Positions 42,495 through 52,628 of a stretch of 64,000 bases of DNA are shown piece by piece. Below the pieces are notes generated by a model. The model saw only the letters and a program-made list of their open reading frames with translations. It searched no databases and was not told the origin of the DNA. The number at the start of each line of letters is the position of its first letter. Position 1 is the first letter of the stretch. Made by a program: the position numbers and the translations under genes. The DNA comes from an uncultured virus (IMG/VR IMGVR_UViG_3300028327_000691) (lineage: Duplodnaviria; Heunggongvirae; Uroviricota; Caudoviricetes). The DNA lies in the IMG/VR virus record IMGVR_UViG_3300028327_000691; one strand, written 5' to 3'.

Positions 42495-42574
42495 AAATCC
42501 GTTCTTTATCAATAAAACTCTCTGAGGATGAAGAAGATTTTGGTCTCTCTGAAGAAGATCTTTCTCCTATATAA

Positions 42575-42591
42575 ATGCCATATTTTGACAC
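42575..42591 (+). promoter_or_regulatory. GTGYCA-N5-TGRCAC box 3 (1 mismatch)
   Basis: ATGCCA tattt TGACAC, N10, TATTCT. Confidence 0.7.
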
Positions 42592-42637
42592 ACTTAAGAT
42601 ATATTCTTCAATTATCATTTTGTATAAAGGTGGCTAA

Positions 42638-43054
42638 ATGTCCTATTCTGCTAAAATCTTTAATAACAATTTCTTTCATATAATAAAAACCTTTGAGTAT
42701 ATGACGCAACCCAATGGAACAAGTATTAAAGAGTTATGTCAGAAATTACGAATTACTAGGCGTACAGTATTTCGATTATTTAATACAATTGAAAATAAAC
42801 TTAATATACCTATCGAAGTCATCCGTGAGACATTTGGCGGTAAAGCCTCATACAAAATACCTTCTTCGTTTATAAAGAATTTCTCCAGTATTAAACTCCC
42901 GGCAATATCATTATCGTTCAATCAAGCGCTTTTGATATACATTTTGATAAACGAAGGCTTTTTAACTAAATCTCCTAAAATAACAAAAGAAAGCGACATC
43001 TTAATAGAAAAGCTTATATCAGCCTTTAATCCCAAACAACAAAATTCCTGTTGA
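42638..43054 (+). CDS. Winged-HTH protein resembling the N-terminus of WYL regulators
   Basis: GTSIKELCQKLRITRRTVFRLFNTIE..IPI; ends where the WYL domain would begin. Confidence 0.75.
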   Translation: MSYSAKIFNNNFFHIIKTFEYMTQPNGTSIKELCQKLRITRRTVFRLFNTIENKLNIPIEVIRETFGGKASYKIPSSFIKNFSSIKLPAISLSFNQALLIYILINEGFLTKSPKITKESDILIEKLISAFNPKQQNSC

Positions 43055-43079
43055 TTTTTGTTTTATTCGTGTGCAATAA

Positions 43080-43096
43080 GTGCCATGTTTTGGCAC
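43080..43096 (+). promoter_or_regulatory. GTGYCA-N5-TGRCAC box 4
   Basis: GTGCCA tgttt TGGCAC, N10, TTTAAT. Confidence 0.75.
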
Positions 43097-43147
43097 TATT
43101 GTAAGGTTTAATATCATAAAAGATCTACTTTTATCAAAGGAGTATAT

Positions 43148-45559
43148 ATGACTGATTTCGTTCATCTTCACGTCCATTCGGATTATTCTCTATGCGATGC
43201 TGCCGTTTCTGTTATGAATCTTGCGGATAAAGCAGAAAAACTGGGAATGACTCATATAGCCCTTACAGACCACGGTAATATGTACGGGATTATGGAATTC
43301 ATAGCGGCTTGTGAAGAAACCGTCAACGAAAACAGACAACGTGAGAAACGTAAAAAGCCCATAAAACCTATAATCGGTTGTGAAGTTTATATTATGCCCG
43401 GTTCCAGATTAGACAAAAACAGTGATGAAGGCGACAATAAGTGTTATCATCTTATACTGCTTGCATCAAACCGTAAGGGCTATTTCAATCTTGTTAAACT
43501 ATGCTCTAGTGCTTTTTCTGAGGGTAATTATCCTCGCATAAACGATGAATTGTTATGCGAATATCACAAAGGACTAATAGCACTTTCCGCTTGTGTGAAC
43601 GGAGAGATACCTATGCTTATTCAAAAAGGGAAAAATAGTGAAGCTGAGAAGAGAGCCTGCTATTACCGAGACCTTTTCGGAAGCGATGAAAAAGGTAACC
43701 CAAATTTCTATTTGGAAATTCAAGATCAAGGCATTCCCGCAGAAATGTTAAATGGCTCTCTTTCTCAAAAGGAAATCAATAAAACCATTATTGATATTGC
43801 CAGACACAACGGTATTCCTATAGTGGCAACTAATGATATTCACTATCTTAATCAAGAAGATTACACAGCCCATGACATACTCCTATGTATAGGAGCCGGT
43901 TGTTCAAGAACTGATGAAAATCGTAAAAAATACTACGGAGATCAGTTTTATTTTAAGAACGGAGATGAAATGGCGTCTCTTTTTTCAGAGTATCCGGAAG
44001 CTGTTGCTAATACGGTACGCATTGCCGAGCGTTGTACCGCTGATATACCTAAAATTGGAATTGTAGAATTACTAAAGAATCTTCCTGACTGTCAAATTCC
44101 GAAAAGCTATGATAATGCCGATGCTTACCTTAATTATCTTATCAAAGAAGGGCTTGCAAAACGTTATTCTAAAGAAAAACAAATCGGAGGGAAGCCTTGG
44201 GAGAATATACAAAAACGAGCAGAAAACGAACTTAATATCATTATAAAAAAAGGCGTTACAAGCTTATTCCTTATTATCGAGGATATTATTAAGTGGGCAA
44301 GAGAACACGAAATACCTGTAGGACAAGGCAGAGGTTCTTGCGTCTGTTCTATTGTGGCTTATGCGTTACAAATTACTGATATCGATCCGATAAAATACGG
44401 ACTTCTTTTTGAACGCTTTCTTAACCCCGAACACATCGTTGTACCTGATTTTGACGTGGACTTTGCTAATGAAGGACGGGAAGAAGTTATCAGATACATT
44501 ACCGAAAAATACGGCAAGGAAAGAGTGGGACATATCATCACTTTTGGGGTATTTGGTACTAAGACGGCAATAAAAGACGTAGCAAGAGTTCTTAATATAA
44601 GTAATCATGAATCGGACATGATTACACAACTTATTCCTTTGGATTATAAGATCACTTTACGAAAAGCTATTGACGAAAAACCGGAGTTACGGGAACTTGA
44701 ACAAGATTATCAATATACAGAACTCTTTGCTCTGGCAAAAAAGCTAGAAGGGCTTTGTCGTAATTATACTAACCATGCCTCAGGAATTGTTATTGAGAAA
44801 AATGATTTATCTGACTATCTGCCGCTTTATAATGATTTAAGAACTGGAATCATCACAACCCAGTATTCTATGAATTATATGGAAATTTGCGGATTGATAA
44901 AAATAGATCTTCTGGGACTTAGAATTCTAGATGATATTAAGCACAGTGAGATGGAAATTCGTAAACGTGGAATTGAGTTCGCCAATTTTTCAACCAATGA
45001 CGTTCCTTTGAACGATAAGGCAACTTTTAACCTTTTTTGTGAAGGTGATACCAGTAAAGTGTTTCAGTTTGAAAATGAATGTATGCGAAATATCTTACAA
45101 CAACTTAAACCGGATTGTATTGAACTCCTGATAGCAATATATGCTCTATACCGTTATGGGCTTATGGATTATATTCCGGAGTTCATTGAGCGCAGGCATG
45201 GGCGCAAATCTATAGAATACCCGCTTCCCTGTTTGGAAGATATACTAAAAGAAACTTATGGTATTATAGTTTATCAAGAACAGCTTATGCAAATAGTTCA
45301 GCGTATTGCCGGTTACACCCTCGCAAAAGCAGATATGTTCAGGCGGTATTTGCTGAAAGCAGATAGAAATAAACAAAATACAGATGAAGAAAAGAAACGC
45401 TTTATAACTGGCGCAATGGCACAGGGCTTCAAAGAACACGATGCGGAAAATTTATTTGAAACACTTGCTTCTATTGCCGGGATTGTTTTTTCCAAAAGCC
45501 ATGCGGCATCTTATACTGTTTTGGCTTACCGAACCGCTTATCTTAAAGCCAATTTTTGA
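43148..45559 (+). CDS. dnaE: DNA polymerase III alpha, C-terminally truncated (803 aa)
   Basis: PHP HLHVHSDYS/TDHG/NDIHY; PDFDVDF; KIDLLGL; ends FSKSHAASY..YLKANF*. Confidence 0.93.
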   Translation: MTDFVHLHVHSDYSLCDAAVSVMNLADKAEKLGMTHIALTDHGNMYGIMEFIAACEETVNENRQREKRKKPIKPIIGCEVYIMPGSRLDKNSDEGDNKCYHLILLASNRKGYFNLVKLCSSAFSEGNYPRINDELLCEYHKGLIALSACVNGEIPMLIQKGKNSEAEKRACYYRDLFGSDEKGNPNFYLEIQDQGIPAEMLNGSLSQKEINKTIIDIARHNGIPIVATNDIHYLNQEDYTAHDILLCIGAGCSRTDENRKKYYGDQFYFKNGDEMASLFSEYPEAVANTVRIAERCTADIPKIGIVELLKNLPDCQIPKSYDNADAYLNYLIKEGLAKRYSKEKQIGGKPWENIQKRAENELNIIIKKGVTSLFLIIEDIIKWAREHEIPVGQGRGSCVCSIVAYALQITDIDPIKYGLLFERFLNPEHIVVPDFDVDFANEGREEVIRYITEKYGKERVGHIITFGVFGTKTAIKDVARVLNISNHESDMITQLIPLDYKITLRKAIDEKPELRELEQDYQYTELFALAKKLEGLCRNYTNHASGIVIEKNDLSDYLPLYNDLRTGIITTQYSMNYMEICGLIKIDLLGLRILDDIKHSEMEIRKRGIEFANFSTNDVPLNDKATFNLFCEGDTSKVFQFENECMRNILQQLKPDCIELLIAIYALYRYGLMDYIPEFIERRHGRKSIEYPLPCLEDILKETYGIIVYQEQLMQIVQRIAGYTLAKADMFRRYLLKADRNKQNTDEEKKRFITGAMAQGFKEHDAENLFETLASIAGIVFSKSHAASYTVLAYRTAYLKANF

Positions 45560-45618
45560 AATACAGGACATATACCTCCTATTGTTAATATAACTTAAAT
45601 ATCAAAGAGGAGAAGAAT

Positions 45619-46599
45619 ATGCCGAAAGTAACTAAATTTCCTGTTATTGAACAGGAAAAGGCTATGCAATCAATAGCCGAGCAGAAAATCCAGAAAGAAA
45701 CAATCATTGAATATCTTAAAGTATTTGGATTTGACAAATCACTTTCTGAGACGGAAATCCAACAGTTCATCCAGACTGCTCTGGCCGGAAACCTCGACCC
45801 ATTCAAAAGGGAAATTTATATAGCCGCTTATGGCGAAGGTGAAAACCGTAAGGTTTCCATTCTTACAGGATATCAAGTCTATCTTAAACGGGCAGAACGT
45901 ACCGGTAAACTTGACGGTTGGCATGCGAGGATAGACGGTAATGGCAGCCAGATGAAAGCAGTTGTTGAGATATTCCGTAAGGACTGGTCGCATAGTTTTA
46001 TCCATGAAGTCTATTGGGAAGAAGCGGTTCAGAAAAAGAAAGACGGAAATCCCACCCAATTTTGGACAAAACAACCGAGGTTCCAATTACGGAAGGTCGC
46101 AATGGCTCAGGCTTTCAGGCTTGCATTCCCGGATGAACTTGGCGGCCTCCCATATGAATCCGCAGAATTGCCTGAACCTTCCAACGGGCACGAAATACAG
46201 GGCTCCCCTCAGAATACTGAAAACACAGCAGATACCAATTCCAAGGCGGTAAGGAAACCTGACAAAAAAGAAAATGTAAAAACGTCTATCTCTGACAGTA
46301 ATGCCAATCCCACTGATGATGCGTTAGATGATAGCTTGCTTTTTGGTGATAACGCCGCATCTGAGTCAGCAAAATCAATAACAACGGATACAGATTCAGA
46401 TAAGCAAGATTCCGACAGCGAGAATGATTTCCTTGAAAAAGCTATACAGCAAATTGAAGAATTATTTGAAACCCATCCCAAAGACTTCACAGCGAAACAT
46501 CAGGCGTGGATATTGGACAAAGTTTACAAGGCTACCGATAAGACTGGAATCGAAAAAATGCTTGCCTATACAGAAAAAGTCATCAGGAAAGCCGCTTAA
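45619..46599 (+). CDS. RecT/Bet-family ssDNA annealing protein
   Basis: LDPFKREIY..GYQVY..W..QPR.QLRKVA.AQAFRLAFP. Confidence 0.9.
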   Translation: MPKVTKFPVIEQEKAMQSIAEQKIQKETIIEYLKVFGFDKSLSETEIQQFIQTALAGNLDPFKREIYIAAYGEGENRKVSILTGYQVYLKRAERTGKLDGWHARIDGNGSQMKAVVEIFRKDWSHSFIHEVYWEEAVQKKKDGNPTQFWTKQPRFQLRKVAMAQAFRLAFPDELGGLPYESAELPEPSNGHEIQGSPQNTENTADTNSKAVRKPDKKENVKTSISDSNANPTDDALDDSLLFGDNAASESAKSITTDTDSDKQDSDSENDFLEKAIQQIEELFETHPKDFTAKHQAWILDKVYKATDKTGIEKMLAYTEKVIRKAA

Positions 46600-46616
46600 A
46601 ACAAACGAGGATAACA

Positions 46617-47600
46617 ATGAATTATTTATCAGGAGAGAAGAAACTTCAAACAAGTTGGAAGCTAACTACAAAAACACTGCCCAGACCGGCGAAGAAACCC
46701 GGCTTGTACCGTAACCGTATGTACCCATTCTGTCTGCCTCTGGATTACGCTCAATTCAATCTCTTTCAAGGTATCAGAGAAGATGCGATAGAAACTTTCC
46801 AACGTCATAACATTATCTGGCATAGTTCGGCTCTGCCGGGTTATCCCTCAAATCATCTCTGCTCATCTCAAGTTTTTGCCGTTAATTTGTTATTCCCCTT
46901 TATTAACAATCCTGATGCCCTAGCTAATGCTTTACGGCCGCATTTTCCTGATATTGCCCATATGATTCCAGTTGAGGACAAACGGTATATCGCTTTTGAA
47001 TGGATTGGAAAAACCAACTATTTACATGAAGAATCGAAAATAGGAGAATCCAGAAAGCGGGGCGCAGGCAATACCAGTATTGATGCAATGATGATGTACG
47101 AGACTGACACCCATGAAAAAGTTATGCTTCTTATTGAGATGAAATATTCAGAATCATACGGAGTGTCTTACAAACGCTTTCGTTCAGATGGTTCAGATAG
47201 AATAGATAGTTATGAGGATTTCTTTTACGACTTATCTTCCCCTATTGACCGAAGTATAGCCCCGAACCTTGAGGATTTTTTGTTTGAGCCGTTTTATCAA
47301 CTGCTTCGCCATACCCTTCTGGCTTCTCAAATCAAACAGGTTGAGTCGGCAAGGTTAAACCGTGTTCAGGTTGTCCATTTGGTTGTTTCCAAAAATCATG
47401 AACTTCTTTCCGTAACATCTCCCAAATTCCGCACCCTCGGTACTACCAGTTATGAGGTTTGGCGTAAATTACTTAAGGAACCGGATGGATTTTCTGTGAT
47501 ACCGGTTGAGCCATTCTTCAAAAACATCGAACATGCCGGTCAGCATGAACTTGAACCTTGGGTTCTTTACATGAAGGAGCGTTATTCATTTCTGCGATAA
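46617..47600 (+). CDS. PGN_0703-like putative restriction endonuclease
   Basis: HLCSSQVFAVN, TSIDA..LIEMKYSE, YQLLR. Confidence 0.75.
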   Translation: MNYLSGEKKLQTSWKLTTKTLPRPAKKPGLYRNRMYPFCLPLDYAQFNLFQGIREDAIETFQRHNIIWHSSALPGYPSNHLCSSQVFAVNLLFPFINNPDALANALRPHFPDIAHMIPVEDKRYIAFEWIGKTNYLHEESKIGESRKRGAGNTSIDAMMMYETDTHEKVMLLIEMKYSESYGVSYKRFRSDGSDRIDSYEDFFYDLSSPIDRSIAPNLEDFLFEPFYQLLRHTLLASQIKQVESARLNRVQVVHLVVSKNHELLSVTSPKFRTLGTTSYEVWRKLLKEPDGFSVIPVEPFFKNIEHAGQHELEPWVLYMKERYSFLR

Positions 47601-47608
47601 TAATCCAT

Positions 47609-47632
47609 ACCGGGAGGTATATTCTTCCCGGT
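47609..47632 (+). terminator. Intrinsic terminator-like hairpin
   Basis: ACCGGGAGG..CTTCCCGGT followed by TTTATT. Confidence 0.55.
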
Positions 47633-47812
47633 TTTATTCATTACTATTCAGTTGTTAAGTATAAATCCTTAAAATTTTGAATTTCTCATAAATTTTTCAA
47701 TTCTATCTGCAGTTTTGTCCTTCCACTGCCTATTTTTATATATGGGTATTTTTTTGTTTCAATTTCTATCAAATTATCCTCTTTTGTTACCGTATAAATA
47801 TGGGGTCTATAA

Positions 47813-48208
47813 ATGACTAATCCTTTCGCTAATATAATCAAATTCCTAACCGCAATTAAACTTCTGGCTTCTCCATCAGGAACGACCCTTCAGAGGTTAA
47901 TGAAACATCTTAATATTTCAAGACGTACAGCCTTCCGCCTTTTGAACGCACTTTCTGAACTTGGGTTCCCGATTATTGATGAACAATCAAAAGCAAGAAA
48001 CGAAAAGACTTATAGGCTCATGGATTCATACGTCTTAAAACTACCTAATGTGAGTATTCCAAACCCAGATTTTACTCCTCAGGAACTAAAATTACTTCTC
48101 AGTATTTTAGATCTATTTGACGCAGTACAAAAGCCGAAACAAATATCTATCGTCAATTCAATTCGGTCAAAAATAACCGCCATGCCATCAAAAAGAACCG
48201 AGGTCTGA
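47813..48208 (+). CDS. Second WYL-type N-terminal HTH protein
   Basis: GTTLQRLMKHLNISRRTAFRLLNALSELGFPI; paralogue of 42638. Confidence 0.75.
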   Translation: MTNPFANIIKFLTAIKLLASPSGTTLQRLMKHLNISRRTAFRLLNALSELGFPIIDEQSKARNEKTYRLMDSYVLKLPNVSIPNPDFTPQELKLLLSILDLFDAVQKPKQISIVNSIRSKITAMPSKRTEV

Positions 48209-48209
48209 T

Positions 48210-49937
48210 ATGATTTCTTGGAAAAAGAATAATGTTGATAAAACATTAGTTAAAACCATCTCTGAGAAATACTCCTGCGATTTACTCACTGCTAACATAC
48301 TCGTGAACAGAGGCATTGTATCAGATGACGCTATTCCATATTTTCTTTCCGAAGATATCAGTTTACTCAGAAACCCTTTAATGCTCTCCGGAATGAGAGA
48401 TGCTATCGACTGTATCTTTCAGGCAAAAGCAAAAAGAGAAAAAATTTTAATATTTGGCGACAGAGATGTTGACGGAATAACTGCGACCGTTATGTTGTTT
48501 GATTATTTACGGTGTCTGGAAATTGATGTTTCATGGCGTATTCCCACAGGTGATGAACCTTATGGGTTGTCAATCAAAGCAGTAGAAGATTTTGCGGCAA
48601 TAGGCGGAAACCTTATTATTACCGTTGACTGCGGAATATCCAGCATTGTCGAAGTCAGGCGGGCAAATGAATTAGGGCTTTCCGTTATTATTACCGATCA
48701 TCACATTCCAAGAGAAGAATTACCCCTCGCTACTGCAATCGTAAACCCTAAATTACCTCAGTCATCTTATCCTTTCCGGGATATTTCAGGTTGTATGGTA
48801 GCATATAAATTGATTACCACGTTACAAGATAACCTCATAAAAAATGGTAATACTGGTTTTATTTACAAAGAGGCGGAATACCTTCAGCTTGCGGCATTGG
48901 GAACGATAGCTGATATTATGCCCTTAAAAGATGAGAACCGTATTATTGTCCGCAAGGGATTATCCGCCTTAAACAAAAAGCCGAGAAAAGGCATTGCGGA
49001 ACTATTACTTGTTTTAGATATTTCAGGTAAACCTTTTTCTACAGAAGAACTGTCATGGATATTATGTCCCGTTATTAATGCGGCTGGCAGAATGGGATAC
49101 CCTGAGAAAGCCGTAGAGCTTTTTCTCGAAGATGATTCACAAAAACGCCTTATATTGGCAAAAGAAATAAAAGCACTAAACGAAAAACGTAAAAGGCTTG
49201 GAACAAAAACATTACCCATTGCTGAAAAACTCGCTTTGAATAACCTTGAACGATTCTCAGGGAAACTAGCGGTAGCCGCAGGAGAAGATATGAACCGGGG
49301 CATTACCGGTGTTATTGCCAATCGCCTTATTGAGAAACTCCAGATTCCCGCAATGGTAGTTCATCTCAATGAAAATCTTGCAATCGGCTCAATCAGGTCT
49401 CCGGGTAATTATGATATACGCCTTCTTGTAGAGCCATTGAATGACATAATAATTAATTATGGTGGTCATGAAAATGCTATCGGTTTCAGTATAGAACGTT
49501 CTTTGTGGGAACAGTATTTAGATCGGCTTGAAATTGAAATTGAGGAAATAAAATTGACTGAGATACCGGATAAAGAAACTGTCGAGATTGACGTGGAATT
49601 GCCGCATGAATATATCGCCCCGGAAATTTTTACCGTTATTGACCGTTTCGAGCCGTATGGAGAAGGTAACAAGCCGTTATTATTCGCAAGTACTAGCCTT
49701 AAGATTTTGGATTCGTGCTATATGGGAAAAAGGGAACCAAAACATCTCAAGTTCATGCTGGATGCAGGAAAATACAAATGGCCTGCAATCCTTTGGAACG
49801 GCATAGGAAAAAGAAGTGATGAACTCTCTACCGGCGATAATGTTGATTTGTTATATACGTTCAACCGTAATTGGTACAACGGCGTAGAGCGACCTGAAAT
49901 TATTATTAAGGATATGTGCAAGAGTGCCATGAATTGA
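48210..49937 (+). CDS. recJ: ssDNA-specific exonuclease RecJ
   Basis: DRDVDG, TVDCG, TDHH, GTIAD, INAAGR, GSIRS, GGH, EPYGEGN. Confidence 0.95.
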   Translation: MISWKKNNVDKTLVKTISEKYSCDLLTANILVNRGIVSDDAIPYFLSEDISLLRNPLMLSGMRDAIDCIFQAKAKREKILIFGDRDVDGITATVMLFDYLRCLEIDVSWRIPTGDEPYGLSIKAVEDFAAIGGNLIITVDCGISSIVEVRRANELGLSVIITDHHIPREELPLATAIVNPKLPQSSYPFRDISGCMVAYKLITTLQDNLIKNGNTGFIYKEAEYLQLAALGTIADIMPLKDENRIIVRKGLSALNKKPRKGIAELLLVLDISGKPFSTEELSWILCPVINAAGRMGYPEKAVELFLEDDSQKRLILAKEIKALNEKRKRLGTKTLPIAEKLALNNLERFSGKLAVAAGEDMNRGITGVIANRLIEKLQIPAMVVHLNENLAIGSIRSPGNYDIRLLVEPLNDIIINYGGHENAIGFSIERSLWEQYLDRLEIEIEEIKLTEIPDKETVEIDVELPHEYIAPEIFTVIDRFEPYGEGNKPLLFASTSLKILDSCYMGKREPKHLKFMLDAGKYKWPAILWNGIGKRSDELSTGDNVDLLYTFNRNWYNGVERPEIIIKDMCKSAMN

Positions 49938-49940
49938 CAC
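49924..49940 (+). promoter_or_regulatory. GTGYCA-N5-TGRCAC box 5 (overlaps recJ stop)
   Basis: GTGCCA tgaat TGACAC, N10, TATTAT. Confidence 0.75.
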
Positions 49941-49975
49941 TGTTTAATGGTATTATAAACAATTTGGAGAATAAC

Positions 49976-51505
49976 ATGAATTTATTTGAGATTGATTTTT
50001 ATGAAGAGAAATATAAACATTTTAATTCCCCAGATAAAATTTTTAACGATAACGATTTCTCAGACCTGATAAGACAAGCTGATACAGTAATCGAAAACGA
50101 AAATGAAACCAAACAAAAACGCGCCGATGCCTGTGTAAGAAAATTTCAACTGTTGGAAACACGATACAAATTAACTCCTAAATTACTCGGACAAGCTCTT
50201 GAGTTGTATCCAGATATGCCGCAGGCTCTTACTAGTATGGGTTGTTTTTATCTTGATATAAAAGACAGAGAAAAAGCCATAGCCTATTTCAATAAAGCAA
50301 TAGGATCTGATCGTTTATATCCATATTCATGGTTGCAAAAAGCATATATCGAAAAAGATAAAGAAGAAGAATTACGTTTATTATATGAATTTATTAAACT
50401 TAAGCCGGATTCTATAATCGGTTACGAAAAAAGGAGAAGTTTACTTGATGAACTAGTATATGATATGAAAGATTTATTGGCGTATAAAAAACTAAAATTT
50501 ATTAAAATAAAACTTCAAAACGCTATTGATGATTATTCAGAACTTATACGTCTTGTTCCAAATAATAAATGGTATTATGAAGAAAGAGCCGAACTATATA
50601 TAATGATGTCAAAGATAGAGTTTATGTTATCCGATGATGACGATGAATTCCCAAGTATTAATCAAAATGCCGTTAAAGACATTGTAAAATTAATCTCATT
50701 AACCTTAATGTCATTGAGGCAGGAAGATAAGTTAAATAATTTAATAACTACTATTCATAATATGCTAGTTGATATCCCTAGAGAAACTTTTAAAAAATAT
50801 ATTGAAAAAATGAAAAGTGATTTATTACCGGATACTGATGAGTATTGGATTGCTCAAATATTAAATGCAGACGATTATTCAAAGAATGATGGTAAAAGCA
50901 TTGAAATATATACCAATATAATAAATTCTGTTAAAGAAGGGAGTTTCTTGCAGATTTATAGTTATTATCATCGTTCAAGAACTTTTTTACATATGAAAGA
51001 ATATGAGAAAGCTCTCAATGACAATGATATAAATACAAAATTATGCTCATTATTTCCTGATAGTTTAACATTGGAAACTGATCTATATTTGGTTATGAAA
51101 GCTCGAATAGATATACTTAAGAAAATGGAAGATTTCAATGGATTATTGGACATGTATACAAAAATTCTGGAAACATATAAAGATAACACAGAAGTTCAAT
51201 ACTTTATTGTAGATGCATATATGGAACGTGCTCAATTATACAAAGAAAACAATGATATTCAAAAAGCATTAGCTGATTATACGGCAGTAATAAAGTTAGG
51301 AATAAACGGAATAGAAAGGGATTTAAGAAACGCTTATGCCGCACGGATTGAAATTTATAAAAATCAGGGTGAAATGGACAAAGCGTCCGAAGATTCTATA
51401 AAAATGGCAGAAATTAAAGGCGACCATTTAGATAATCTTTTAAGCTCGTGTCAGCCCGAATATTTTGTACCAATATCAAAACCAAAATTTGATATTATTG
51501 ATTGA
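49976..51505 (+). CDS. TPR-repeat protein
   Basis: AIAYFNKAI, AIDDYSELI, ALADYTAVI; GGAG RBS before 49976. Confidence 0.8.
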   Translation: MNLFEIDFYEEKYKHFNSPDKIFNDNDFSDLIRQADTVIENENETKQKRADACVRKFQLLETRYKLTPKLLGQALELYPDMPQALTSMGCFYLDIKDREKAIAYFNKAIGSDRLYPYSWLQKAYIEKDKEEELRLLYEFIKLKPDSIIGYEKRRSLLDELVYDMKDLLAYKKLKFIKIKLQNAIDDYSELIRLVPNNKWYYEERAELYIMMSKIEFMLSDDDDEFPSINQNAVKDIVKLISLTLMSLRQEDKLNNLITTIHNMLVDIPRETFKKYIEKMKSDLLPDTDEYWIAQILNADDYSKNDGKSIEIYTNIINSVKEGSFLQIYSYYHRSRTFLHMKEYEKALNDNDINTKLCSLFPDSLTLETDLYLVMKARIDILKKMEDFNGLLDMYTKILETYKDNTEVQYFIVDAYMERAQLYKENNDIQKALADYTAVIKLGINGIERDLRNAYAARIEIYKNQGEMDKASEDSIKMAEIKGDHLDNLLSSCQPEYFVPISKPKFDIID

Positions 51506-51522
51506 AAGGAGGTTGAAGACTA

Positions 51523-52011
51523 ATGGCATATGTAGGAAGATTACCAGAATTAAAAGCAGGTCAGCATGAAAATATAACGATTAATGGAAAATCCTATGGT
51601 GAAATAATAATCCCCATGGAATTTGCACAACTTATCTCACATCCACAATTTGAATGTTTTTCCGTATGGTATATTTTACATGAATTTGACTTTACCGATG
51701 AACATGTCGATCAATTTGTAGTTAGAGGAATAATACTTAACAATGAACTTAATATTATGTTTTTCTATGATCCTTTGACTAATGTTTCTTCTGTAACAAG
51801 TATGGGTCATAATTATTTAGACCAAGAATTTACAGAAGGACTACCTACCCTAACATTATCCGATATTTTATCATTGGCAGACATGGATATGTTAGAAGTA
51901 CTCAATTGGATGAAAAAGAACATCCGAGATATTGAAATGACTGTAATGAACCGGATAGAATTAGTTATTGAAGACATAGAATTGAGTGAAAATAAATCTG
52001 ATTTTTTATGA
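51523..52011 (+). CDS. Acidic hypothetical protein
   Basis: AGGAGG RBS. Confidence 0.65.
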   Translation: MAYVGRLPELKAGQHENITINGKSYGEIIIPMEFAQLISHPQFECFSVWYILHEFDFTDEHVDQFVVRGIILNNELNIMFFYDPLTNVSSVTSMGHNYLDQEFTEGLPTLTLSDILSLADMDMLEVLNWMKKNIRDIEMTVMNRIELVIEDIELSENKSDFL

Positions 52012-52574
52012 GTGTAAATAATATGGAATCAATACTCGAAGAACCACCGTTATTTAATACACTTGAAGAACTGAGAAGGTATTTTTATAAAGAAATCGTT
52101 GAAGAAAAAAAATGGGGTATATTTTATCCATTAAAATTTAAGCTTGAATTATTTATTTCCCGAATAAAAATGATAAAGCTAAAGATCGTATGGGCATTTC
52201 AACGGTTTATTAGAAAACATCATGCTTCAGATATTGATTTATACAAACTTGATTTACATATCTCAAAAATACTGCTTTCTAAATTAGTAGCGTTCAGAAA
52301 TCAGAGTTTACATGTTTCCCCAACAGGCAAAATTGAAACATGGCTCAATATACTTGATGAAATTATTTTTGCATTCAAATGGAATATATATGCAAATTGG
52401 GAAAAGAATCCTAAAAAAGAGAGGGATTTTTACCTCCGCTATTTTGGAATCGATGATCCTAACCTTGATTATTGGCATTATTATGACTCTGAAATTGTAA
52501 AGAAGGCCGCAACAAAAGCGCAAAAAGGCTTTGAACTATTTGGAAAATACTTTACCTGCTTGTGGAATTATTGA
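52008..52574 (+). CDS. Hypothetical protein (phage-like)
   Basis: WLNILDEIIFAF..GFELFGKYF..LW. Confidence 0.65.
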   Translation: MSVNNMESILEEPPLFNTLEELRRYFYKEIVEEKKWGIFYPLKFKLELFISRIKMIKLKIVWAFQRFIRKHHASDIDLYKLDLHISKILLSKLVAFRNQSLHVSPTGKIETWLNILDEIIFAFKWNIYANWEKNPKKERDFYLRYFGIDDPNLDYWHYYDSEIVKKAATKAQKGFELFGKYFTCLWNY

Positions 52575-52628
52575 GTTTAGCGATAATTCGGAGTTTAAGC
52601 AATTATTAAATTCAATATTAATCGACAC

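Noticed and set aside
45560..45618. Split-intein or frameshifted remainder of dnaE
   Set aside because: No intein-like N-terminus, no continuing frame, and no second half in the window
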